Assembly (NCBI RefSeq): GCF_900232105.1
Contig: NZ_LT934425.1
Location: 360,001 to 392,000 of the forward strand
From: Candidatus Kuenenia stuttgartensis
Lineage (GTDB): Bacteria; Planctomycetota; Brocadiia; Brocadiales; Brocadiaceae
Reading direction: 5' to 3'
Length of the DNA stretch: 32,000 bases
Below the pieces are notes generated by a model, which saw only the letters and a program-made list of their open reading frames with translations, did no database searches and had not been told where the DNA came from. The position numbers were made by a program, and so were the translations under genes. Below are positions 17,243 to 26,125 of the stretch, piece by piece. Within the stretch, counting starts at the first letter, position 1. Each line of letters opens with the position of its first letter.

Positions 17243-18822
17243 AAGTGTTTTCTTGCTATGCTGGCCTTAATAATTCCCCGTATAATTTCTTTATCAGCAT
17301 TATTAATCTTCTTTCCCTTCATATACGCCCTGTAAAACCGTAATCTGTCCGTGTATGTCAAACAATCTGGCATCGATGCATTTATTTGAGACAAATTTCT
17401 AATGCGTTCATCACGCGTAATTCTTCCGTTAAAGTAAACCCTGTCGAGGTCAAGGTAATAAAAATTCCAGGCATCAGGCAATTCATTCACCAGGATATTA
17501 TTTGCCTTCAGATCAGCGTGATATACCCCCAAATCGTGCAATTTCCTAAAAGACTCCGCCAGACTTGAAACAAACCTTCTTTTTTTTCTAAAAACCGGTT
17601 TGCCATGCGCCCTATTTAATTTTTCCGTTACATATTGATTACACGGCAAATTCCCGGATGCATTCTCCGTCACAAGAAAGCTTTTCTCCAGAATGCCATA
17701 CTTCCTGCTTTCGCAAAGCGCAATCGGTTGAGGAGTCAGAAGTTTTAGCGCTAAAAGCCCATGAGAGGCAAGCCATGCCTTTCGCGCAGGGGAATGAATG
17801 AGGGAATAAACGCCTCTTTTTAACAAAGCTGGATAACGGTATTCTTTTACGCACACACCTTTGATTTTTTCATCAGGGCAGAAAACAAGGGTAATCCCTG
17901 TTTTATGAGAATTTTTAATAACATTCTCCTGCCTATCGCGCAATGAATCATTATGCTTTTCAATGAGGGCAAGCAGTGTATCTGCGTCCCACTCCGCTCT
18001 CATGTTTATTCTGTAACCGCCCTTTTTTATTATGGTAAATATATTATTTTTCTTTAAACATTTTCCCGCCCTGCTGCGCCATATACGGTATTTCGTAGCA
18101 CCTACGCTCTCTAATATTTCTTTAGGATCAAAAGTTCCGTAACAACGCGCCAATTCAATTATCTCGTCATTTGTGCATACATCTTTAATGGAATACAATA
18201 ATCGGGACAATTCCTTCTTTCTGGCAGGCAATGTCGTTTTTTTCCCGCACCTGGCACGGCCAATATCTATTAAATAAAACAGCGCAAAATCATTGACGTC
18301 AACCAATATATTCTCAGCGTGAAGTTCTCCGTGTAAAATCCCGGCGTCATGCATATTTTTTACAAAGAGTATAAGGTTTCGCAACACCTCCTTTTTTTGT
18401 ATTACGCCCGCCGGAGTCTTTATTAACTCAAGCAAAAGGGCTTTTACTGCAATGCTGTTTGGAATTGTTTTTGAAATTATGTAACAATCCCGGAGTATTC
18501 CGCAACTACGTGTTTCTCCCATAGCTACTGGTTCTGCGGTATGAAAACCGTTTTTCAGCAATAAAAAACCCTGATTCCACTCCCTTTTAGCCTTTGACTG
18601 AGCAAACAACGATTTAAACCTGTCGATACTGCCCTTTGCCTTATAGTGTTTTATATAATACGATTCATGACTATTAGTATATTTCAAAACCCTCCTGAAA
18701 TGTCCATTACGTACCATTTCATATTGATCATCCCGATGAATAGTATTAAATATTTCGCTTAACGCATCGGTTAATCCACCGTTCACCAGCCATTCAATAC
18801 CATTATTAACATAATTATTCAT
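17212..18822 (-). CDS. Tandem-domain lipopolysaccharide kinase (Kdo/WaaP family) protein
   Basis: 536-aa ORF with two kinase-like halves. Half 1 has YYIKHYK...SKAKREWNQGFLL...HGELHAENILV...LIDIGRAR. Half 2 has VCVKEYR...SPARKAWLASHGL...YHADLKANNILV...YLDLDRV. Confidence 0.8.
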   Translation of the reverse strand: MNNYVNNGIEWLVNGGLTDALSEIFNTIHRDDQYEMVRNGHFRRVLKYTNSHESYYIKHYKAKGSIDRFKSLFAQSKAKREWNQGFLLLKNGFHTAEPVAMGETRSCGILRDCYIISKTIPNSIAVKALLLELIKTPAGVIQKKEVLRNLILFVKNMHDAGILHGELHAENILVDVNDFALFYLIDIGRARCGKKTTLPARKKELSRLLYSIKDVCTNDEIIELARCYGTFDPKEILESVGATKYRIWRSRAGKCLKKNNIFTIIKKGGYRINMRAEWDADTLLALIEKHNDSLRDRQENVIKNSHKTGITLVFCPDEKIKGVCVKEYRYPALLKRGVYSLIHSPARKAWLASHGLLALKLLTPQPIALCESRKYGILEKSFLVTENASGNLPCNQYVTEKLNRAHGKPVFRKKRRFVSSLAESFRKLHDLGVYHADLKANNILVNELPDAWNFYYLDLDRVYFNGRITRDERIRNLSQINASMPDCLTYTDRLRFYRAYMKGKKINNADKEIIRGIIKASIARKHLWPPQAKVLK

Positions 18823-19104
18823 ATCTCATTTCATACCGCACATTCAGGCATGTAAATTTATTTCCAGCCGCTTTACGCTGTTAATCAATAAAATTGTACG
18901 ATCGGTTCGAAAATAAAACTACAAAAAACAACTTAAGTACATATACCACAACATGAAATGGCTATAAAACCATTTTCATCGTTTCCAGGTGTTGTTAACG
19001 CAACATGATGACTGATGACTTATTTTGTCGTTGCCAGGGTTGATTTTGTCATTACAAGCTTCCGTACTACTATCCATCAATTTCTTGTTTTTTATGCGTG
19101 TTTT

Positions 19105-20661
19105 TCATGCCGCCATTTCCGTAAGTGCTTTAATATCAAGGGCTGAAGCGGTCATCAGTGAACAAGAGAACTTCTGGCCTTTCTCCGTCAAAACATAGCG
19201 GTTGGCCCTCGGAACTTTGCGGATTAGACCGTGTGCCCGCAGCATCTTTATCCGTCGGGTCGTTCGTCCGGAATATTTCTTTTGCTGATCCTTGCCGGAT
19301 TGTTCGGATTCCCGGTAAAGCCACTTACGCAAATCATGGTTGCGGAATCCATTTATCGCGTTTTCGCCTTTGGACAGGAACATCAGCATCTGGTAATCAT
19401 CCTGCTGCCAGGGATTCAAACCTCGATACCTCTTGCCCTCTTTGACAACCTTGTTACAAGCGCTGCTCACCACTTCTTTCAGTTTCTCCTCTACCTGAGC
19501 CGCCGCCAAAGCATCCCCATAACGATCATTGCATTGTTGGCTCACCTCACACCGTCGATGAAGATCGCTTACGCCCTTACGCATCTTCTGCCATGACGCC
19601 GGTTTGCCTTCATCATCATTGGGACTCCGAAAGACCTTAAAGTCCCGCGTATTATTGATCGTTGTCTCAATACGCAAGAGACTACCGCTCTTGTTATACA
19701 TCTTCACTGAATTATAATTCACACTGTGCTTGACCCGTATACCTTCATAGCGTCTTCGATAGTCGCTGATAACCTCATCAGGGGCAGCGCCTGCAAGGTT
19801 ACGCCTACCCAAATACTTCATCACCGAAGAACTGTCGCAAACCCGCATCGCATGATGAACAAACGATGGAAACAACTCCTCCAATGCCTCAACCGATTTA
19901 AACATGATGTCCGTCGCCCACTCCGTCTCATCCGCAGACCAGTAATACTCCGGTTCCAACGGACGAAGAATCTGCGACAATGCCGGGCAACTGCCCAACG
20001 CAAGCCCGTTCAGCAGCTTCGCCCAGTCAGTCTTAAGCTGCTCATGGAGCAGAACCTGCGCAGCCGCAATATCCTCTATACGCACAAAACAGTTGCCGTC
20101 CTTAACATAATCAATACCTTGCTTCTGAAGTTGCCGCTCCAGCCAATGACGACCATTGAGACAAATGAAAATATTAAACGGCGCCCAACTCTGGATACGA
20201 ACATGACCAAAACCAAACACTGGATCGTTAAAATAATGATACACAAAGACACACTTGCGGGGCGCCATTACCAACTCGAGCTTCTTGCTGGCCTTGTTGC
20301 CCTTGACCATCGGCGCAATACAAGGCTCTACCACACTCAACAGGCAGATGGAACCTTCCGTAATCCTCTTATCCGCCGCGATCTGGCGAGCCAACTTCTC
20401 CTTATCAACACCGTTGCTCATCAAATACCACACCTCGATACCCAAATCTTTCGCCCGCGATTCACAACTGTCTCGCACCTGTGCCGTAAGCCCATTGACC
20501 CAACCGGAAAAATCCTTAAGCAGAATTCTCGCTTGGTTCATGAATGTTCCCATCCCACGCTCACTGGCCAACCACCGCAATGTCCCGCGAAAACGAATCC
20601 TGTCCAGACCGCTTATTGCACCCACGATCCTGTCTCGATATAATTCCATCAACTTATTCAT
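19105..20661 (-). CDS. Hypothetical 518-aa protein on a G+C-rich island; C-terminal winged-helix-like motif; candidate selfish or mobile gene
   Basis: Long ORF with a good SD (ggaggacactactt-ATG). No catalytic motif that I can name. The conserved-looking core is VFVYHYFNDPVFGFGHVRIQSWAPFNIFICLNGRHWLERQL. The C-terminus is RRIKMLRAHGLIRKVPRANRYVLTEKGQKF. Spot G+C counts are 47-62% inside versus 28-40% in flanking lines. Confidence 0.7.
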   Translation of the reverse strand: MNKLMELYRDRIVGAISGLDRIRFRGTLRWLASERGMGTFMNQARILLKDFSGWVNGLTAQVRDSCESRAKDLGIEVWYLMSNGVDKEKLARQIAADKRITEGSICLLSVVEPCIAPMVKGNKASKKLELVMAPRKCVFVYHYFNDPVFGFGHVRIQSWAPFNIFICLNGRHWLERQLQKQGIDYVKDGNCFVRIEDIAAAQVLLHEQLKTDWAKLLNGLALGSCPALSQILRPLEPEYYWSADETEWATDIMFKSVEALEELFPSFVHHAMRVCDSSSVMKYLGRRNLAGAAPDEVISDYRRRYEGIRVKHSVNYNSVKMYNKSGSLLRIETTINNTRDFKVFRSPNDDEGKPASWQKMRKGVSDLHRRCEVSQQCNDRYGDALAAAQVEEKLKEVVSSACNKVVKEGKRYRGLNPWQQDDYQMLMFLSKGENAINGFRNHDLRKWLYRESEQSGKDQQKKYSGRTTRRIKMLRAHGLIRKVPRANRYVLTEKGQKFSCSLMTASALDIKALTEMAA

Positions 20662-20836
20662 AAGTAGTGTCCTCCAAATTGTCTGATTACTATTTACGAG
20701 GATACTACTATACTTTATAATAAACTAAAAATCACCTTTTTGGTTGCGGCCAAAGGCCGCGCTAGGTATTCCGTGGTTAAGAGCTTGTCATTGCGAGGGC
20801 TTTTTCCGAAGCAATCTCACAAACCGTTTAGACGGT

Positions 20837-21082
20837 TTATATTCCTAGCTTTTTCGTTATAGATGAGATAGGGATAGTTTCTCTTTCCTTCGATCTTTCA
20901 TCTAGAAATTCCATGAACTTCTTACTACTACCGAGTTCTTTTACCTCTTTCTCAAACTCATCAATTTCCTCCAGGACATAATTTTTCCCATCTTTGTCGC
21001 AAATCATTAATGGTTCAGATCTTGCCATAGTCAATAATTCATCAATTGAATGTTTCTTTTTCCTTAAATCGATTGTATTCAT
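20837..21082 (-). CDS. Small acidic antitoxin-like protein (Phd/YefM-type by recollection), orphan
   Basis: MNTIDLRKKKHSIDELLTMARSEPLMICDKDGKNYVLEEIDEFEKEVKELGSSKKFMEFLDERSKERETIPISSITKKLGI. The pattern recalls a widespread small antitoxin-like family. The ORF is open to 21121. No toxin-sized ORF follows it. Confidence 0.4.
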   Translation of the reverse strand: MNTIDLRKKKHSIDELLTMARSEPLMICDKDGKNYVLEEIDEFEKEVKELGSSKKFMEFLDERSKERETIPISSITKKLGI

Positions 21083-21355
21083 AAATCGAAAATTATCACA
21101 TTTATCATCTTGACGCAACACTTGTTATTATTTTACCACCTAACAAGTATATGCTGAAACCCGCTTAAGAATCGTCCTGTCATGCTGCCTTCTCTCTGTG
21201 CAATTTGCATTTTTCATTTTGCATTTTCACTGTTTTTGCTTTAATATCGCCACAAAGAAAAGGGGGGAACACCATCCCCTCCCCGTCGTTTTACCACACA
21301 ATGATAAGCAGAAAAGATTATTCGCAATAACCATTGGAACAGGCACTCTCTCATT

Positions 21356-23383
21356 TTGAAAAAATATTTTTGCATATATTGCTCACTGGCGCTCTTGTTT
21401 TACTCATTTGTCGTTTATTTGAATTGTCTGCACAATTCCTTTGTGTATGATGATCAATCAACGATAGTCGATAATTATTTCATACGGCACTGGCATAACT
21501 TTCCGGATATTTTTACAGGCAAATATTTTTCTCTTTCCGCTGAATTAACGTATCGTCCGGTAGTCACCCTCTCTTATTTTGTTGATTTTACCTTCTGGAA
21601 ATCCAACCCTGCCGGCTACCACCTTACCAATGTTTTAATCCATTCGGCAAACTGTGTATTCTTCTTTCTCTTTTGTTTTCAACTGCTGAAAAAACGGCTA
21701 ACTGCTTTTGTGTCGGCATTACTGTTTTCTTCATATCCCCTCTTATCAGAATCCGTAAACGCAATCGGGTTTCGGGAGGATCTGTTTGCGTTTCTATTTA
21801 TGATATCGGGCTTTCTCTTTTTTTTAAAATCCCGCAAAGACAAATATTTCATTCATTACTCATTATCTTTACTCTGTTATTTTTTTGGACTTTTCTCCAA
21901 AGAAATGGCGATTACTTTACCGGTATTAATTATTTTACACGACCTTGTTTTCCCACCGTTTTTACTAAAAAATACACTGTTGGCAGGACGTCAAAACAAC
22001 GGGAGTGTGCAACCAATAAACCCATCCATATCATTACGCCTCTCTTATCTAAAATCAGGTTTTTATCGCTATTATAGCGGCTACCTGCTGATTTCTCTTT
22101 TCTATCTCTCAATCCGCTTTTACTTTCTCCACAATCCTTTGGAATCAGAAATACAATCGCCATTAAAGAATCCTTTCTCCAGCTTTCTTACCATGACCCA
22201 CGTATTGGCATATTATATAAAATTACTCTTCCTTCCCTTTCCTTTAAATGTGGATTATGTGATTCCTGTTTCAACATCCATTGCGAAAATATCCTTCTGG
22301 ATATACGCACTGCTTTTAACGGCAACGGGAATACTTGCATTTCGTACAAAACAAAGAAATAACTATATTTTCTTTTGCATTGTGTGGTTTTTCATTACCT
22401 TATCCCCCGTAATGAATATTATCCCATTGGGCAATGTTATGGCAGAAAGGTATTTATATGTTCCTTGTGCCGGTATTTGCATGGCATTTGGGATTTTGTT
22501 GACTAAGAGCGCCTCCTTTTTATCTTCTTATCATGAACGGAACACCGTCAGAAAACCTTTTACATTCACTACAACTTTCCCTATTTCGCTGACGCTGCTT
22601 CCGGCGCTCTTTTTTCTTTTGTCAGGAAGCGCATATTTAACGCTTCGGAGAAACACGGATTGGAAGGATGGGTTACGCTTATGGTCAAAAACACTTACTG
22701 TTTCACCGAACAGTGCGAGAAGTCACATTAACCTGGGAAATGCCTATGAAAAAATGGACATTAACAGCGCCGCTTTTGAAGAATACAAAAAGGCGTTAAA
22801 AATAGACCCGAACGACGCCGACCTTTTTAATAACCTTGGCATTTATTATGACAAAATGCGTCTTTATGAAGATGCAATTGCCTGTTACAAAAAAAGTATT
22901 GAAATATATCCACAACACACACAAGCACATAATAATTTAGGGGTAATATATACCAAAGAAAGAATATTAGATGAAGCAATCCGGGAATTTACCAAAGCAA
23001 TCTCAATAAATCATTATTACCCTGACGCACACAGTAACCTTGGCATCGCATATTACCGAAAGGGCGCTATGGATCTGGCGGAACGTGAATTCCTGACTGC
23101 GATTTCTATGGAACCAAATCACGCAAAGGCCCATAACGGACTTGGCATCCTCTATAACGACAGGCAGCAATTTGACAATGCCATTCATGCATTTCAAACT
23201 GCCGTAAAAATCAAACCCGATTACGCAAACGCCCATATGAATCTGGGCGCTCTGCTGCTGAAACACAAAAAAGACAAACATGCGGCATTATTTCATCTTA
23301 AAGAAAGCATAAAACTCGATCCGCAACAAGACCAGGCTACCGGCATAAACAAACTTATACAACAACTTGAACAGGCAAACTAA
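21356..23383 (+). CDS. TMTC-like GT-C membrane glycosyltransferase fused to C-terminal TPR repeats
   Basis: 675-aa ORF (TTG start). It has an N-terminal acidic motif FVYDDQSTIVDNYFI after the first TM and about 10 further hydrophobic segments. At least six 34-aa TPR units follow (NLGNAYEKMDINSAAFEEYKKALKIDPNDADLFNNLGIYY...). Confidence 0.8.
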   Translation: MKKYFCIYCSLALLFYSFVVYLNCLHNSFVYDDQSTIVDNYFIRHWHNFPDIFTGKYFSLSAELTYRPVVTLSYFVDFTFWKSNPAGYHLTNVLIHSANCVFFFLFCFQLLKKRLTAFVSALLFSSYPLLSESVNAIGFREDLFAFLFMISGFLFFLKSRKDKYFIHYSLSLLCYFFGLFSKEMAITLPVLIILHDLVFPPFLLKNTLLAGRQNNGSVQPINPSISLRLSYLKSGFYRYYSGYLLISLFYLSIRFYFLHNPLESEIQSPLKNPFSSFLTMTHVLAYYIKLLFLPFPLNVDYVIPVSTSIAKISFWIYALLLTATGILAFRTKQRNNYIFFCIVWFFITLSPVMNIIPLGNVMAERYLYVPCAGICMAFGILLTKSASFLSSYHERNTVRKPFTFTTTFPISLTLLPALFFLLSGSAYLTLRRNTDWKDGLRLWSKTLTVSPNSARSHINLGNAYEKMDINSAAFEEYKKALKIDPNDADLFNNLGIYYDKMRLYEDAIACYKKSIEIYPQHTQAHNNLGVIYTKERILDEAIREFTKAISINHYYPDAHSNLGIAYYRKGAMDLAEREFLTAISMEPNHAKAHNGLGILYNDRQQFDNAIHAFQTAVKIKPDYANAHMNLGALLLKHKKDKHAALFHLKESIKLDPQQDQATGINKLIQQLEQAN

Positions 23384-23452
23384 ACGTAATTTCTCAATAA
23401 GTTGAGACTGTGCAATCGGCAGTCGGCAAATTGCAGACTGTGGACTGTAGAA

Positions 23453-23532
23453 ATTATTATAAAAACATCAACTTATTGAGAAGTTATCAAAAGGACAAAA
23501 GCAATATTTTACACTGTCCCCTGTTCAGCATT
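23453..23532. repeat. Detached duplicate of the recD2 3' end (last 7 codons, stop and 3' UTR)
   Basis: attattataaaaacatcaacttattgagaagttatcaaaaggacaaaagcaatattttacactgtcccctgttcagcatt matches 23827-23917 apart from an 11-nt indel and a few substitutions. The coding part still reads NAEQGTV-stop (gtc to gtg, synonymous). Confidence 0.85.
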
Positions 23533-23826
23533 CGCTCTCGTTCCCAAGCTCCAGCTTGGGAATGTGATTGTTTGAGAAGCTCCGGCTTCGCATGGAAAAA
23601 AGAATAAAACCATGCTATCCATATATTTGAAAATCTATTTCATGCTTCGTTAAATCGTTAAATCTCCCAGTAGGGGGGCAAGGGGGGATGCTAATCCCTT
23701 TAACTTTGAACCGAATATGCTTACCAAAGGGAAGCGAGAGCTTCCAATGCAATTGCGTTCCCAAGCCGGAGCTTGGGAACGAGCGTTTTTGCTTTTTCAA
23801 AAAACTAAAGTGTTACAAAGTTTTAC
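23533..23826. mobile_element. 294-bp composite MITE-like insertion (inverted family-B cores plus one family-A TIR)
   Basis: The left arm cgctctcgttcccaagctccagcttgggaatgtgattgtttgagaagctccggcttcg (23533-23593) pairs with the inverted right arm gggaagcgagagcttccaatgcaattgcgttcccaagccggagcttgggaacgagcg (23729-23785). tttttcaaaaaactaaagtgttac follows at 23793-23816. Confidence 0.7.
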
Positions 23827-23893
23827 ATTATTATAAAAACATCAACTTATTGAAAAGTTACAACTAAACGATCAAAAGGACAAAGGCAATATT

Positions 23894-26101
23894 TTAGACT
23901 GTCCCCTGTTCAGCATTAAATACCTCTACCAGCCTTCTTTTTAAATACGTATATCTTTTACATGGTTTGTCATTTTTTACTGCGATTGCCAATGCCTTTT
24001 TTGTACCTATTAACACCACCAATTTCCTTCCCCTGGTTATTCCTGTATACAAAAGATTTCTTTGCAAGAGCATATAATGTTGCATATGAACAGGCAGTAT
24101 AACAACAGGGTACTCACTCCCCTGGGATTTATGAATCGATACCGCATACGCCAGCACTATTTCATCGAGTTCTTTGTAATCATATACAACCTCCCCTCCG
24201 TCATAATTTACGGTAATTTCCTGATATTCATCATCTATATCAACAATGAACCCTATATCACCATTATATACATCTTTTTCATAGTTATTTACTATTTGCA
24301 TAACCTTATCATGTTTTTTAAATTGTCTTGTGCCTTTTATTAATTCAACAGGAGATTTATTGAGGGCATTTTGAAGGGTGTTATTTAAATGATGTACCCC
24401 CAATACCCCCTTATTCATTGCCGTTAACACCTGGATATCCTTAATAGCATCAAACTGAAATCTGCCGGGAATCCGTTCTTTACATAACGAAACGATTTCG
24501 TTTATTATTTTTTCAGGGTCTTCAAGCTGAATAAAATAAAAATCCTGAAGTCTGTCTTTTTCAAAAGTAAGCACCGGCATATATCCGCTGTTTATCCGAT
24601 GAGCATTCATCACCACAACGCTTTCTTTCGCCTGACGAAAGATCTCATTGAGATGAACGTAAGGCACAACACCAGACGTTATGATATCATTTAAAACATT
24701 TCCCGCCCCTATCGAGGGAAGCTGATTTACATCACCGACGAGGATCAGGGTTGCATCCTTCCGGACAGCCTTCAAAAAATGGTACATAAGTATCGTATCC
24801 ACCATTGATACTTCATCCACGATAATTACATTTGCGTCCAGTGGATTTCTCTCATTTTTCCTGAAACCCCCTTCCTGTGGGTTTATCTCCAATAATCTAT
24901 GAAGCGTTTTCGCCTCATGTCCCGTCATCTCAAACATTCTCTTCGCCGCCCTGCCCGTTGGCGCAGCTAATATTACACTAAACCCTGATTTCTCATAAAT
25001 TCTGATAATTGTTTTTATAATCGTGGTCTTACCCGTACCAGGTCCTCCTGTAATGACAAATACCTTTTTATCTATCGCCCCTTTTACCGCCAGGAGTTGT
25101 TTTTCCGCAAGGTAAATACCAAACTCTTTCTGAACCCAATCAACAGAGGTATCCATACCCATCAGATACATCCGTTTTTCCTTTTGCATCAGGTCATTGA
25201 GCATTTCCGCTATTCCCTTTTCCGATACATAACATTTTGCAAGATATATCGCCTTGTTATTGGCCGTTATTTCATCATTTTCATTACAGTCTTCAATTAC
25301 TATCCTCTTCTCAAACGCAATGGTTCCAAATGCACGGATAATAAGGTCGCGTTCTACCTCAAGCACCTTCCTGCATTCCTCCGTCAATAATTCGTAAGGA
25401 TAGTACACATGGCCTTCGTTTAATAATTTTTTCAGAACATACAAAATGCCCGCTTCAGCACGCAATATTGAGTCCTTCGCAATGCCCATATTTTCAGCAA
25501 TTTTATCTGCGGTAATAAACCCGATACCAAATACTTCCATTGCCAGCCGGTACGGGTTCTCTTTTACAATACGGACAGATTCCCTGCCGTACTGTTTAAA
25601 TATCTTTGCCGCATATGCAGAGCTTACTCCGTTGCTTTGAAGAAAAAGCATTACCTCCTTTACTTCTTTTTGTTCCGTCCATGCGGTTTTGATCATCGCA
25701 ATGCGCTTTTCTCCAATGCCTTCCACCTGTTTTAGCTGTTCTATTGAATGTTCAATAATATCAAGTGAGGCCACTCCAAAGCGGGACACGATTCTTTTTG
25801 CCATTACCGTCCCAATGCCTTTAATAAGCCCTGAACCAAGGTATTTTTCAATACCCTTTGCAGTTGCGGGGGTCACCGGTTCGTAAGAACTCACTTTAAA
25901 TTGTTCTCCATATTTCGGATGACAATACCAATGCCCCCGAAGATTTACTGTTTCGCCTTCAGTAACCGATGCCAGGTTGCCGATAAAGGTAATGACCTCC
26001 TTATGATTATTTACCTTCATTTTGGCAATAGTGTATCCCGTATCTTCGTTGCGATAGGTAATTCTTTCTAATTGCCCCTGAATGACAGATTCTATGGTCA
26101 T
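23894..26101 (-). CDS. recD2: RecD2-type SF1 ATP-dependent DNA helicase (RecD/TraA family)
   Basis: 735-aa ORF with Walker A VITGGPGTGKTT, Walker B IIVDEVSMVD, LVGDVNQLPSIG and SIHKSQGSEYPVVIL. The N-terminal OB/HhH region is typical of RecD2. Confidence 0.95.
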   Translation of the reverse strand: MTIESVIQGQLERITYRNEDTGYTIAKMKVNNHKEVITFIGNLASVTEGETVNLRGHWYCHPKYGEQFKVSSYEPVTPATAKGIEKYLGSGLIKGIGTVMAKRIVSRFGVASLDIIEHSIEQLKQVEGIGEKRIAMIKTAWTEQKEVKEVMLFLQSNGVSSAYAAKIFKQYGRESVRIVKENPYRLAMEVFGIGFITADKIAENMGIAKDSILRAEAGILYVLKKLLNEGHVYYPYELLTEECRKVLEVERDLIIRAFGTIAFEKRIVIEDCNENDEITANNKAIYLAKCYVSEKGIAEMLNDLMQKEKRMYLMGMDTSVDWVQKEFGIYLAEKQLLAVKGAIDKKVFVITGGPGTGKTTIIKTIIRIYEKSGFSVILAAPTGRAAKRMFEMTGHEAKTLHRLLEINPQEGGFRKNERNPLDANVIIVDEVSMVDTILMYHFLKAVRKDATLILVGDVNQLPSIGAGNVLNDIITSGVVPYVHLNEIFRQAKESVVVMNAHRINSGYMPVLTFEKDRLQDFYFIQLEDPEKIINEIVSLCKERIPGRFQFDAIKDIQVLTAMNKGVLGVHHLNNTLQNALNKSPVELIKGTRQFKKHDKVMQIVNNYEKDVYNGDIGFIVDIDDEYQEITVNYDGGEVVYDYKELDEIVLAYAVSIHKSQGSEYPVVILPVHMQHYMLLQRNLLYTGITRGRKLVVLIGTKKALAIAVKNDKPCKRYTYLKRRLVEVFNAEQGTV

Positions 26102-26125
26102 ATTCTGTTACTCTACAAAAACATT

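Noticed and set aside
19726-20643. A 305-aa plus-strand ORF, plus other ORFs at 19158-19596 and 20255-20686, antisense to the 518-aa gene
   Set aside because: These are shadow ORFs of a G+C-rich gene. The sequence is low-complexity and Arg/Pro/Thr-rich, with no motif and no start context. The minus-strand ORF is longer, has an SD and looks protein-like.
19065-20711. A 9-nt direct repeat tactactat (19065-19073 and 20703-20711) flanking the 518-aa gene, as a possible TSD
   Set aside because: No terminal inverted repeats lie adjacent to it. A 9-mer match between two AT-rich 200-nt flanks is plausible by chance. The island ends remain undefined.
23389-23483. An inverted 15-mer ttctcaataagttga (about 23389-23403 and 23468-23483) after the TPR gene, as a terminator
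   Set aside because: The loop would be about 65 nt and there is no U-run. It is more likely part of the repeat landscape. I noted it but did not call it.
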